Below, in pieces: positions 1 to 12,600 of a DNA stretch of 64,000 bases (positions are counted from its first letter, which is position 1; each line of letters begins with the position of its first letter). Origin of the DNA: an uncultured bacterium (GTDB lineage: Bacteria > Zhuqueibacterota > QNDG01 > DTFT01); the NCBI GenBank assembly GCA_963736115.1, contig CAVTNR010000014.1:128001-192000 (forward strand), in the 5' to 3' direction. A model generated the notes under the pieces. It ran no database searches, was not told the origin of the DNA, and was given only the letters and a program-made list of their open reading frames with translations. The translations under genes and the position numbers were made by a program.

Positions 1-37
1 GTCCGAAAGCGTTCAAACCTGGATTCGGAAGCACCAT

Positions 38-2335
38 GTGATCCATGCCGTGGCGCTTGCGTTGACGCTGTCTTTTTTCGCGTTGGGCCTGGCCGCCTTG
101 ATTTTCCGGCTGGACCCGCCGGTGACCGCCCGGCTCCTGATGGCGGGATGCCTGGGGGGAGGCGCGACCGCTCTCCTGCTCGCATTTCTGCTCTGGCGGC
201 GGGACGTCACGCCCTATGCACGGCTCTCGAAACTCGGACGGATGCTCAACGAGGAGGACCTGACCAACCTGACCTATGCGGTGACGGAACTGGCCCAGGG
301 CAACCTGGCCGTCCGATACCAGGTCGGTTCCCAGCCTGTTCCCGAGAAGGACGGCGGAAACGAGGGTGCCCTCGCGCGGATCATGAACGGGATGGTCCAG
401 AATCTGAAGAACATGTCCATGGAGTTCAACAGCCTCACGGATGTCCCCTGCCGCCGTCTGTGCTACGTGGGCGCAGATTCGTTCCTCGAAGGCCAGAAGT
501 GCGGAGAGGTGATGGGGGAGCTCTTGGCGGGCAAGGGTAAAATCGCCATCACGACGGGTTCTTTTACCTCCACCGGACTCGAACTGCGCCGCAAGGGATT
601 TCAGTGCGTCATGCGCGAGCGATACCCGGAGATCGAGATCGTCCACATTTTCGAAAACGGCGAGAAACCCGAACTGGCGTTCAAGGGAACGCTTGAAGCC
701 ATCGCCAAATACCCGCACCTCGGCGCGGTTTACGTCACCGAAGGCGCCACCCCGTCCGCGGTGGCGCAGGCCGTCAAGGAATCCGGCAAGGCGGGACAGA
801 TCCGGGTCGTCGGCCACGACATCACGGAGGAATCCGTCTACTACATCCAGGACGGAACCATCTCCGCGACACTGGGGCAGAATCCGTTCGCCCAGGGCCA
901 TGATCCGGTCATCCACCTTTTCAATCATCTGGTGGCGGGCTGGCAGCCGTCGGTGCCGCGGCTGCTCACCTCCATGGAGGTGATCAACCCCTCCAACGTC
1001 AAGCAATTCTGGGAAATCGGGAAAGGGATGATCCAGTCCCAGGCGGCCATGCGCGAAATGGCCCATCCCATCCGTCAGATGCCCCGGAATCCGCTCCGTC
1101 TGGCCGTGATCGGCCGCGAGGACTCGGCCTTCTGGACCCCGGTCAAAAACGGCGTCCTGCAGGCCGCCCGGGAGCTCTCGGAATACAACACCGCGGTGGA
1201 ATGGATCATCCCCGAACGGTCCATGCGCTTCAAGGATTTCAGCGCCGCGGTCTACGGCGAAGCCATCGAATCGCTTCTGGAAAAGGGGTACAACGGGCTG
1301 GCCACCTGCGTCACGGACCGGGCCCTGGTTCCGTTCATCAACCGAGCCGTCGAAAAGGGCGTTCCTGTCATCACCTTCAACAGCGAGCCCCTGAGCCTGC
1401 GGAGCCTGGTCGCAACCATCATGGCGCAGGCCGGAAACCTGATGGGCGTCAGCGAACAGCTCGCCGCCTCCACCGTCCAGGTCAGCACCGCCACATCCCA
1501 CATCAACACCACCATGGGTGAAGTCGCGCGGGGGACCGTCCAGCAGAACGACCAGATCAAGCGGACCGAGGAGGATCTGGAATCCCTTCTGGGCAACATC
1601 GACCGGGTCAGCCACGAGGCTTCGGAAAGCGCGGTCTCCGCCGAAAGCACGGCCAAGGCCGTTCATGAGAGTACGACGGCCATGGACCGGACGATCGGCA
1701 CAATTCAGTCCATCGAACAATCGGTCGGCGAAACCGGCCGCGTCATCGGAGAGCTCAGCGGGCATTCCGAGCGCATCGACGTGGCGGTCGAGCTTATCGA
1801 CGACATCGCCTCCATGGTGAACGTGCTGGCGCTGAACGCCTCCATCGAGGCGACCCGGGCCGGAGAGGCGGGGAAGGGGTTCATGGTGGTGGCCAACGAG
1901 ATCCGCCGGCTGGCCAAACGGACGGCCGAGGCCACGCGCGAGGTCAACGAATTGATCAGCACCGTTCAGCGGGGGATTGTGAACGTGCAGAAATCCATGG
2001 AGGAGGGTCTGTCGAAAGTGCATGATTCCGCGGTCATGACCGACAAGGCCAAGGCCCTCCTGGGCGGCATCCGCGACCTGGTCGAGGCGAACCAGACCCG
2101 GATGAACAAGATCGCATCGGCCATCAGCAACATGCAGCGTCTTTCCCACCAGGTGGGGGGCGCCATGCAGAATGTGGCGTCGGTCAGCGGACGGAACGTG
2201 CAGGCTGTGGAGGATATCAACGTGGCCACCCGCCAGCTTTCGGACCAGTTCACCGACGTCGCGGGACTGGCCCAGTCGCTCGAAGTCATCTCCCAAAGCC
2301 AGCAGAAACTGCTTGCCAAATTCACGGTTTCCTGA
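38..2335 (+). CDS. Methyl-accepting chemotaxis protein with 2 TM helices, HAMP-like segment and a circularly permuted RbsB-type sugar-binding domain
   Basis: C-terminal MCP hairpin motif 'IASMVNVLALNASIEATRAGEAGKGFMVVANEIRRLA'; sugar-binding motifs 'YVGADS...RRKGF...VVGHD...ISATLGQNP' and 'LAVIG..SAFW..VKNG...GVPVITFNSE'. The frame is open to the window start, so the true start may lie upstream. Confidence 0.9.
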   Translation: MIHAVALALTLSFFALGLAALIFRLDPPVTARLLMAGCLGGGATALLLAFLLWRRDVTPYARLSKLGRMLNEEDLTNLTYAVTELAQGNLAVRYQVGSQPVPEKDGGNEGALARIMNGMVQNLKNMSMEFNSLTDVPCRRLCYVGADSFLEGQKCGEVMGELLAGKGKIAITTGSFTSTGLELRRKGFQCVMRERYPEIEIVHIFENGEKPELAFKGTLEAIAKYPHLGAVYVTEGATPSAVAQAVKESGKAGQIRVVGHDITEESVYYIQDGTISATLGQNPFAQGHDPVIHLFNHLVAGWQPSVPRLLTSMEVINPSNVKQFWEIGKGMIQSQAAMREMAHPIRQMPRNPLRLAVIGREDSAFWTPVKNGVLQAARELSEYNTAVEWIIPERSMRFKDFSAAVYGEAIESLLEKGYNGLATCVTDRALVPFINRAVEKGVPVITFNSEPLSLRSLVATIMAQAGNLMGVSEQLAASTVQVSTATSHINTTMGEVARGTVQQNDQIKRTEEDLESLLGNIDRVSHEASESAVSAESTAKAVHESTTAMDRTIGTIQSIEQSVGETGRVIGELSGHSERIDVAVELIDDIASMVNVLALNASIEATRAGEAGKGFMVVANEIRRLAKRTAEATREVNELISTVQRGIVNVQKSMEEGLSKVHDSAVMTDKAKALLGGIRDLVEANQTRMNKIASAISNMQRLSHQVGGAMQNVASVSGRNVQAVEDINVATRQLSDQFTDVAGLAQSLEVISQSQQKLLAKFTVS

Positions 2336-2954
2336 CAGGAGCCCCGTTCCGGCCGCCGTCCTGTTCGATCTGGGCGGCGTTTTCATCGATGTTCGGGTCG
2401 CGGACGGCCTGTCCGCATTCCGGCGTCTCCGGCCGGGGCTCAGCCCGGACCGGTTCCGGCGCGTCATTCTGGATGAGGGCCTTCTCGGACGCTACGAACG
2501 AGGCCGCATCGAAAGCCGGGAGTTCCATGCGGAGGCGGTGCGGCGTCTTGGTTGGCCGATTTCTTTCCCGGATTTCGTCCGGTGCTGGGGCGCCATGCTG
2601 GCCGCTCCGGACCGGAGAATGACCGGATTGCTCAGGCGCCTGGACGGACGCGCACTCCGGGTCGCCCTCTCCAACACCAACGAACTCCATATCCGGTCCA
2701 TCGAACGGAAATACCGGCTGCTCGGGCATTTCGACCGACGGGTGTACTCCTTTGCCTGCGGTTTCGCGAAGCCCGAACCGGGCATCTACCGGGCGGCCCT
2801 GGCTTCGGCGGCCGTGGAACCGGCCGCGTGCCTGTTCGTGGATGATCGGGAGGAAAACGTCCGTGCGGCGCGTCGGATGGGCATTCCGTCGGTCCGTTTC
2901 GAGGGAACCGTCGCGTTTTTGAGGTTCTGGGAGGAGCGTTTCGGACGGGTTTGA
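2313..2954 (+). CDS. HAD-superfamily phosphatase (YihX/Cof-like, subfamily IA)
   Basis: Motifs 'LFDLGGV', 'LSNTN', 'KPEPGIY', 'FVDDREENV'. Start placed at the in-frame TTG 2313 overlapping the MCP stop; start uncertain. Confidence 0.85.
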   Translation: MPNSRFPDRSPVPAAVLFDLGGVFIDVRVADGLSAFRRLRPGLSPDRFRRVILDEGLLGRYERGRIESREFHAEAVRRLGWPISFPDFVRCWGAMLAAPDRRMTGLLRRLDGRALRVALSNTNELHIRSIERKYRLLGHFDRRVYSFACGFAKPEPGIYRAALASAAVEPAACLFVDDREENVRAARRMGIPSVRFEGTVAFLRFWEERFGRV

Positions 2955-2966
2955 ATCGGGGCGGGT

Positions 2967-3929
2967 CTATTCAAGCAGAAAATGGATGGGATTCCGGGCG
3001 TCCCCGTCCTGCATGACCGAGTAATGGATGTGCGGGGCCGTGGATTTGCCGGTGTCTCCGGTGAGCCCGATCAGGTCCCAGCGTTTGACCTGCTGGCCGG
3101 ATTTCACAAAGACTTTGGACAGGTGGGCGTACAGGGTCGTATAGCCGAACCCGTGGTCGAGCATGATGTAGATGCCGTAGCCCTTGTTCGGCACGGCCCG
3201 AGTGACCGCCTCCTTCACCGTGCCGGCGCCGACCGCATACACCTCGGATCCCGGCTTGATGGATATGTCGATGCCGTTGTGCTCCTCGATCTTGCCGGTG
3301 AAGGGATCGATGCGTTTTCCGAATGAAGAGGACAGCCATCCGCCGCGCACCGGATGGATGGACGGGTAGTGGGCGATCTCCCGCTGTTTCTTCGAAATGA
3401 CGGTCTCCAACTCGGACGTATTCGCCTCCAGAGCGCGGACCTGGACGGTGATCCGGTTCAGGTCCCATTCGATGGGACGGACTTCCGAAAACTCGAACAG
3501 GCCGTCCTGCTTGAGAAACGATTCGGACCCGCCGATGCCGTAATCCACCTCGGGGAGGGACAGAAAAGCGGTGGTCCGGAGCTGGTGATTCCGCCGCTGG
3601 ACGTCCTTGACCTCGGTTTCCAGCTTGCGGACGCGGTTCTCCCAACTCTTGAACGTCTTTTCCAAAACAGCGTTTTTACGGCCCAGTTCGCGTTCTCGGA
3701 GGGTCTTGTCCGCGCGGCCGGCCAGCAGATTAACGCCGAGCACGATGAGAATCAGCGCCGCGGCGGTTCCTGCGGCAAGGGCCGCCAGTTTCCATCGGGT
3801 GAACGAGTGGGTCGAGAAGTAATCGCCGTCTTCATTCAGGACGGCGACCATGAAGTGTTTCGGGAGCACCGGGTTTCCGTACCTCAGAAAAGAATTGCTT
3901 CTTTCACGCGCTTTTTGTAAACTATTCAT
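2967..3929 (-). CDS. M23 family metallopeptidase with N-terminal TM and coiled coil
   Basis: 'HNGIDI', 'YAHLS', 'TGKSTAPHIHY' motifs. Confidence 0.92.
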   Translation of the reverse strand: MNSLQKARERSNSFLRYGNPVLPKHFMVAVLNEDGDYFSTHSFTRWKLAALAAGTAAALILIVLGVNLLAGRADKTLRERELGRKNAVLEKTFKSWENRVRKLETEVKDVQRRNHQLRTTAFLSLPEVDYGIGGSESFLKQDGLFEFSEVRPIEWDLNRITVQVRALEANTSELETVISKKQREIAHYPSIHPVRGGWLSSSFGKRIDPFTGKIEEHNGIDISIKPGSEVYAVGAGTVKEAVTRAVPNKGYGIYIMLDHGFGYTTLYAHLSKVFVKSGQQVKRWDLIGLTGDTGKSTAPHIHYSVMQDGDARNPIHFLLE

Positions 3930-4064
3930 GCCGCCGGGCGCCGGCCGCGCCGCGGCGTTCCAGAATCAATATATAAAACAGCCTCGATTAAAGCAACGGA
4001 CAATTTGGCCGGTCCGCTGAACCGACGCCTGGATCCGGGGTTCACGGACACAGGGGACGGGCGG

Positions 4065-4094
4065 GGTGCCTCACGGACGCGTCCGTGAGGCACC
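4065..4094. repeat. Perfect 30-bp palindrome with no spacer (REP-like)
   Basis: GGTGCCTCACGGACG|CGTCCGTGAGGCACC is its own reverse complement. Confidence 0.85.
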
Positions 4095-4129
4095 TGAGAA
4101 ACAGGGACCGGCGTCCGAGGGGTGACCGC

Positions 4130-6814
4130 ATGACCGAAGCCAGGGCCAAAATCCTTGTGGTCGAGGACGAGCGCATCGTCGCGGAGGACATTCGGCGCAG
4201 TCTCCGAAAACTCGGATACGATGTGTGCGGCGTTGTCTCAACCGGCCAGGAAGCCGTCCGCAAGGCGCTTCAGCTCCGCCCCGATCTTGTCCTGATGGAC
4301 ATTGTGCTGCGCATGCCCATGAACGGCATCCAGGCCGCCGCGGCCATACATGAAAAGATCGACGTCCCCGTCATCTACCTCACCGCGTACGCTGATTCAG
4401 ACACCCTCGAAAAGGCAAAGCAGACCGAACCCTACGGATATCTTCTGAAGCCGTTTGAGAACCGGGAACTGCAGACCGCCATTGAAATGTCCCTCTACAA
4501 GCACCGGACGGAGAGACGGCTCCGGGAAAACGAGGCCTGGCTTTCAACCACGCTCCGCAGTCTGGCGGAAGGCGTCATCGCCACGAACGAGCGCGCGGAG
4601 ATCCTCTTCATGAATCCCGTGGCCGAACGATTGACCGGCTGGACGTTCGGGGAGGTCAACGGCAAACCTTTCTCCTCGGTGTTCCGGCTTGCCTCCTCCC
4701 GGACCGGCGACCTCCGGCCGGTCGAGAAGGTCCTCAAGTCCCGCACCGTGGTGAGCCTGCCGGAAGCGGCGCGCCTGATGCGCAAGGACGGTGAGGCCTT
4801 TGACGTCGACTTTCATGCCTCGCCCATACGGGACGAGCGGGGGAGAATTTTCGGCGCCGTGGCGGCTTTTCAGGACGTCACCCTGCGCAACCGGACGGAA
4901 GAAGCGCTGAAGAAATCCGAGCGGGAGAAGGGTCTCATCCTCAGCAGTGTCTCGGACATGGTTGTCTACCTGAACCGCGATCTCGAGATCATCTGGGCCA
5001 ATGCCGCCGCCGGCAAGGCGATGCGGAAAACGCCGGAGAAGATCATTGGATCCCGCTGTCATCAGATGTGGCACCGGAGAAACGCCCCCTGCCCGGACTG
5101 TGCCGTGCAGACGGCCTTGAATACGGGCGCGGCCTCGGACCGCATCATCGAAACCCGGAAAGGGCGCGTTTGGACGGCAAAAGCTTTTCCGGTCCGGAAC
5201 GACGCGGGCGAAATCACCGGCGCCGTCGAGGTCATCCGGGACGTCTCCGAGCAGAAGCGGGCGGAGGAACAGCTGGAAAAGGAGAGGGATTTCATCAACA
5301 CCCTGATCCAGACATCGCCGGCCTTCTACGCCGCGGTGGACGGGAAGGCCCGGACCCTGCTGGTGAATCAGACTCTGCTCGGCGCCGCCGGTTATGACGC
5401 GCAGGAGGTGATCGGGAAGGATTTTATCGACCGGTTCATCCATCCCGAGGACCGGGAATCCGCCCGCAGGGGTCTTTTGAGTCTCATCCGCCGAAAAGAA
5501 TCTTCGCTCCAGGCGTGCCGGATCAAGACGCGCGCCGGGGACGAGTTCGCCGTCGAATGGCACGGCCAGTGCGTGACGAGCCGGCGGGGGCGATTCGAAT
5601 ACGCATTCCTTCTTGGAATCGACGTCACGGAGCGGAAGCGGGCAGAGAAGGAGAAGGAACACATCGAGCATCAGCTCCTCCAGGCCCAGAAAATGGAGGC
5701 CATCGGGACGCTAACCGGCGGCGTGGCCCATGACTTCAATAATCTGCTCACCGCGATACAGGGCTGCACCGACATGGCCCTCCAGCGGGTCACTCCGTCC
5801 GACGTCATCCACCGGGATCTCCGGGAAGTCCAGGCCGCGGCTGTCCGGGCGGCGGAACTGACCCGCCAGCTCCTGCTGTTCAGCAGCAAGCATCCGACCC
5901 GTTTCGTTCCCATAGACGTCAATCAGACGGTGGGCAACCTGCTCCGGATGCTGCATCGTCTGATCGGGGAGGATATCGACGTGCGGACGCAGCTGCAGGG
6001 CAACCTGTGGACGATCCGGGCGGACAAGGGAAGTATCGAACAGGTCATCATGAACCTGACGGTGAATGCGCGCGACGCGATGGTGAAGGGAGGCCGCATC
6101 ACCATCAAGACGGAGAATGCGATTCTCCGGACGCCGAATCCGGCCGACCGGCCGGAAGCGAGGTCCGGGGATTTCGTTCTGCTGTCGGTCAACGACACGG
6201 GAACCGGCATTCCCGAGGACATCCGGTCGAGAATTTTCGAGCCGTTCTTCAGCACCAAAGGTCCCGGCGGGGGAACCGGACTGGGCCTTTCGGTCGTGTA
6301 CGGTATCGTGCGCCAGCACGAGGGCTGGATCGAAGTCCACAGCGAAATCGGCCGGGGCAGCCGCTTCGACATCTATTTCCCGGCCGTAAAGGAGCGCATC
6401 GCGGTGACGCATGACACGGCCGTCAGCCTCGAATCGCTCCGCGGCAACGGGGAGCGGATCCTCGCGGTCGAAGATTCGGACGGCATCCAGGAATTTCTGC
6501 GGGTCGCACTCCGGGAGAACGGGTACCTGGTCACGGTCGCGTCCAACGCGGAGGAGGCGCTCCGTTTGTACAGCCAGCACCGGGGGAATTTCGACCTCAT
6601 TTTCAGCGACGTGGTGCTGCCGGACCAGAGCGGCATCGATCTGGTTGAAAAACTGCGGAAAGAAAAACCCGGGCTCCGCGTTCTGCTGAGCAGCGGATAC
6701 ACGGATCATAAAAGCCAGTGGACTGTCATTCAGGAAAGAAATTATCCCTTCATCCAGAAACCGTACAGTCTTATACAGCTTCTGAGCACAATAAAGGAAA
6801 TGGTCAAGAAATAA
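4130..6814 (+). CDS. Hybrid sensor histidine kinase REC-PAS-PAS-PAS-HisKA-HATPase-REC (CckA-like)
   Basis: N-terminal receiver 'ILVVEDE...DLVLMDI...KPF', three PAS/PAC units, H-box '[11 protein letters not shown]', G-boxes 'DTGTGI', 'GTGLGLS', C-terminal receiver. ATG 4130 follows GAGGGG. Confidence 0.93.
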   Translation: MTEARAKILVVEDERIVAEDIRRSLRKLGYDVCGVVSTGQEAVRKALQLRPDLVLMDIVLRMPMNGIQAAAAIHEKIDVPVIYLTAYADSDTLEKAKQTEPYGYLLKPFENRELQTAIEMSLYKHRTERRLRENEAWLSTTLRSLAEGVIATNERAEILFMNPVAERLTGWTFGEVNGKPFSSVFRLASSRTGDLRPVEKVLKSRTVVSLPEAARLMRKDGEAFDVDFHASPIRDERGRIFGAVAAFQDVTLRNRTEEALKKSEREKGLILSSVSDMVVYLNRDLEIIWANAAAGKAMRKTPEKIIGSRCHQMWHRRNAPCPDCAVQTALNTGAASDRIIETRKGRVWTAKAFPVRNDAGEITGAVEVIRDVSEQKRAEEQLEKERDFINTLIQTSPAFYAAVDGKARTLLVNQTLLGAAGYDAQEVIGKDFIDRFIHPEDRESARRGLLSLIRRKESSLQACRIKTRAGDEFAVEWHGQCVTSRRGRFEYAFLLGIDVTERKRAEKEKEHIEHQLLQAQKMEAIGTLTGGVAHDFNNLLTAIQGCTDMALQRVTPSDVIHRDLREVQAAAVRAAELTRQLLLFSSKHPTRFVPIDVNQTVGNLLRMLHRLIGEDIDVRTQLQGNLWTIRADKGSIEQVIMNLTVNARDAMVKGGRITIKTENAILRTPNPADRPEARSGDFVLLSVNDTGTGIPEDIRSRIFEPFFSTKGPGGGTGLGLSVVYGIVRQHEGWIEVHSEIGRGSRFDIYFPAVKERIAVTHDTAVSLESLRGNGERILAVEDSDGIQEFLRVALRENGYLVTVASNAEEALRLYSQHRGNFDLIFSDVVLPDQSGIDLVEKLRKEKPGLRVLLSSGYTDHKSQWTVIQERNYPFIQKPYSLIQLLSTIKEMVKK

Positions 6815-7176
6815 TACGAATTTGTATTTTAATTTCGTATGTTTACGATATTGTCGTTTTTCCTTCCTCGACAAAGCTCATTTTATTCCCCCGGCGCCGG
6901 CGCGGGCCACCATTTCTGATCCGATCTTTCCTGTTTTGTGATCTTTTTTGCTTTTCAGACGACCAAATGGAATTCTGGCAGGTCTGATGTAATCCTTCTG
7001 GGGTTTGAAAAGCTTTCGTTTGCTACTATTTTGTCAAATGAATTTTCTAAAAATACAATATTGTATTATTTTTTTCCTGTATTTACAATTAATTTAATTT
7101 CTCCCTCCCACTTTAATTATTGATTATAAATGTTTTATCTCGAATCCAAGCGATCGTTCCTATCTCGCTTGTTCAT

Positions 7177-7191
7177 CGGCATTGCATTTGC
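7177..7191 (+). promoter_or_regulatory. Candidate sigma54 -24/-12 promoter of the GSIII-gltBD operon
   Basis: CGGCATTGCATTTGC gives exact GG-N10-GC spacing with TTTGC; preceded by a ~300-bp AT-rich region. Confidence 0.6.
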
Positions 7192-7312
7192 CTTGTTCTT
7201 GGCAGAAAATAGCTGTGCTTTCCGTCCGGATCTGTTCCGAGATTGACCGGCTACCGGAACCGGAAGAACCATAAAATCAAAGAACCGTTCCACCAACTGC
7301 GAGGGAATCGTC

Positions 7313-9502
<2,190 letters not shown>

Positions 9503-9650
9503 GCGCGCGGTCTCCGGCCGCCTGGATTTTCCGTGAAAGGCGGGTCCCCCGGTTAACGGGGGACCCACATCAACGGGAATGCGGCACTTCCGGCGATCCG
9601 CTGAGCCGGCTGTCAGCAGTCCGGCCGGAATGACTCTGTGAGGGGAATTC

Positions 9651-12600
9651 ATGCAATCATCGAACCCGTTTCAAACCGATGCCGCGGGACGCATGCGGCC
9701 TTTCGGCCTGTATGACCCGGCGAACGACCGGGACAGCTGCGGCGTGGGTTTCGTCGCGCGCGTGGACGGCACGGCGCATCATGCGATGCTCCGCGACGGC
9801 ATCCGCATTCTCGTGAATCTGGAGCACCGGGGAGCTGTTGGCGGGGATAAAAGCACCGGGGACGGGGCCGGCATCATGGCCCAGGTTCCGGACGGTTTCT
9901 TCCGAAAAGTGTGGACGGGGCTGCGGCTTCCCCCGCCCGGGGATTACGCCGTCGGCATGACGTTTCTGCCGACCGACGCGGCCCTGGCCGAGCGCTGCAT
10001 GCAGGCCTTCGAGAGGACCGTGAAAGCCGAACGATGCGAAGTGCTCGGCTGGCGCGAGGTGCCGACGGACCGTTCGACGCTCGGACCGCTGGCGCGATCC
10101 ACCGAACCCCGGGTCGGACAGTTGTTCGTCAGCCGGGGCGAAACCCCGGCCGATGCCTTTGAAGCCAGGCTGTACGTCATCCGGCGGCTGGTCGAGAAGG
10201 AAATCCTGTCCTGGAAAAACTCCGCCGCCGCCGCTTTTTATGTCGTGAGTCTGTCGAGCCGCACCCTCGTCTACAAGGGCCTGCTCAACGGGCACCAGCT
10301 TCCGGAATACTTCCCCGACCTTCTGGACGAGCGTTTCATCAGCCCGTTCTCGCTCGTGCACCAGCGGTACAGCACCAATACCCTGCCGACCTGGGCGCTG
10401 GCCCAGCCCTTCCGGTACGTGGGGCACAACGGAGAGATCAACACGCTCCGCGGCAACATCAACCGTATGCAGGGCCGCGAGGCGCTCATGCGATCCCCGG
10501 CTTTTCCCGGGGATGACATCGATAAGATCAAGCCCGTGATCATGGAAGGCGGCAGTGACTCCGCGGTCTTCGACAATGTCCTCGAACTGCTCGTGCTCGC
10601 GGGGCGTTCCCTGCCGCACGCCGTCATGATGATGATACCCGAGGCATACGGCGGCAGGACCGGCCTCACGGAAGACAAACACGCTTTCTACGAGTTCCAT
10701 TCCTCTCTCATGGAGCCCTGGGACGGACCCGCGGCGATGGCCTTCTGCGACGGCCGCTGGATCGGCGCCACGCTCGACCGGAACGGCCTGCGGCCCGCCC
10801 GGTTCACGGTGACCCGCGACGGACTGATCGCCCTGGCTTCGGAAACCGGCGTCCTGGAATTCGCGGCCGAACAGATCCACCAGCACGGCAAACTCCAGCC
10901 CGGGAAAATGCTGCTCGTGGACCTGAAGCAGAACCGGATCGTGCCGGACAACGAGATCAAGGCGGAGATTTCCCGCCGCAAGCCGTACCGCCGGTGGCTC
11001 CGCGAGAACCGGATCGAACTGCGGGGCCTGTTCATGCCCTCCCAGGCGCCCCACGTGGACCCGGAGAAGCTGACGCGGCTTCAGCACGCCTTCGGATACA
11101 CGGACGAGGACCTGCGGATCCTGATCAACCCGATGGCGTCTCGCGGCCAGGAGGCCGTGGGGTCGATGGGGAACGACGCGGGACTCCCGGTTCTCTCCTC
11201 GCGTCCCCAGCTCCTGTTCTCCTATTTCAAGCAGTTGTTCGCGCAGGTGACCAATCCGCCCATTGATCCGCTCCGCGAGGAGCGGGTCATGTCGCTCGAA
11301 AGCAACGTGGGCCGCGAACGGAATTTCCTCGATGAAAGCCCGGAGCACTGCCGGGGCCTTCGCCTGCACCACCCCATTCTCACGATCGACGACATGGTCC
11401 GGATCGCCGAGGCCCGGCATCCCGACCTCCTGAGCCGGCGCATCGACATGCGTTTCCGGGCGGACGGCGGCGGGGCGGCCCTGGCCGAGGCGATGGAACG
11501 CATCTTCGCGGAGTCAGAGGCGGCGATCGCATCCGGCGCCGCCATTCTCATCCTTTCGGACCGGGACGTGGACGCCGAATGGGCGCCCGTCCCCTGCCTG
11601 ATGGCCACGGCCGGACTGCACCATCACCTGCTGCGGAAAGGGCTCCGGACATCCACCGGCATCGTCGTGGAATCCGGGGAACCGAGGGAGATATTCCATT
11701 TCGCCCTGCTGATCGGTTACGGCGCGGACGCCGTATGCCCGACCCTGGCGTTCCAGACGGTGCGTAGCCTGAGCGAGTCCAGCCTGCTCGAACAGCCGCT
11801 GCCGCCGGAAAACGCCATGGACAACTACATCACGGCGGTCAAGAAGGGCCTGCTGAAGACCTTCAGCCGCATGGGTATTTCCACGGTGCACAGCTTTTAC
11901 GGATCGCAGATATTCGAGGCGGTCGGCATCGGTCCGGACGTCATCCGCCGGTTTTTCCCCGGCACCGCGTCCCCGATCGGAGGCGCGGGCCTGGAGGCCA
12001 TCGCGGCGGAATCCGTGCAGCGTCTCCGCAGGGCGTTTCCCGCGGACGGTCGGGTTTCAAAACTGCTCGACGCCGGAGGGCAGTACGCCGTGCGCAACGA
12101 CGGGGAGAAGCATCTGTGGACCCCCGAGGCCGTTTTCACGCTCCAGACCGCGGCGAAGCTGAATGATTACGGCCTGTACCTGAAATTCGCGGAATTGATG
12201 GACCGGCTCACGGCGGGGAACACGACGCTCCGGGGCCTGCTCCGGTTCAAACCCCGCGATCCGGTTCCCCTCGACGAAGTGGAGCCGGTCGAAGCCATAT
12301 TGCCGCGCTTCGTGTCCGCGGCCATGTCGTTCGGATCCATCAGCCGCGAGGCCCACGAGGCCGTGGCCGCGGCCATGAACCGGATCGGCGGCCGCAGCAA
12401 TTCCGGAGAGGGGGGCGAGGATCCCGGCCGGACCGTTCCCCTGCCGAACGGCGACCGGCTGTTCTCGCGGATCCGGCAAGTGGCCTCCGGCCGTTTCGGA
12501 GTCACGACCGAATACCTCGTGCATGCGGACGAGCTCCAGATCAAGATCGCGCAGGGCGCCAAGCCCGGCGAAGGGGGACAGCTCCCCGGGCACAAGGTCA

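Noticed and set aside
7052-7061. AAATACAATA-type match between the insert B core and the glnN upstream region as a guide target
   Set aside because: Only about 10 nt of AT-rich identity, compatible with chance.
7200-7214. TGGCAG...AGCT as a second sigma54 site
   Set aside because: GG-to-GC spacing is one base short.
9520-9600. Known glutamine (glnA) riboswitch
   Set aside because: I could not match its conserved core by eye; kept only as a generic structured leader.
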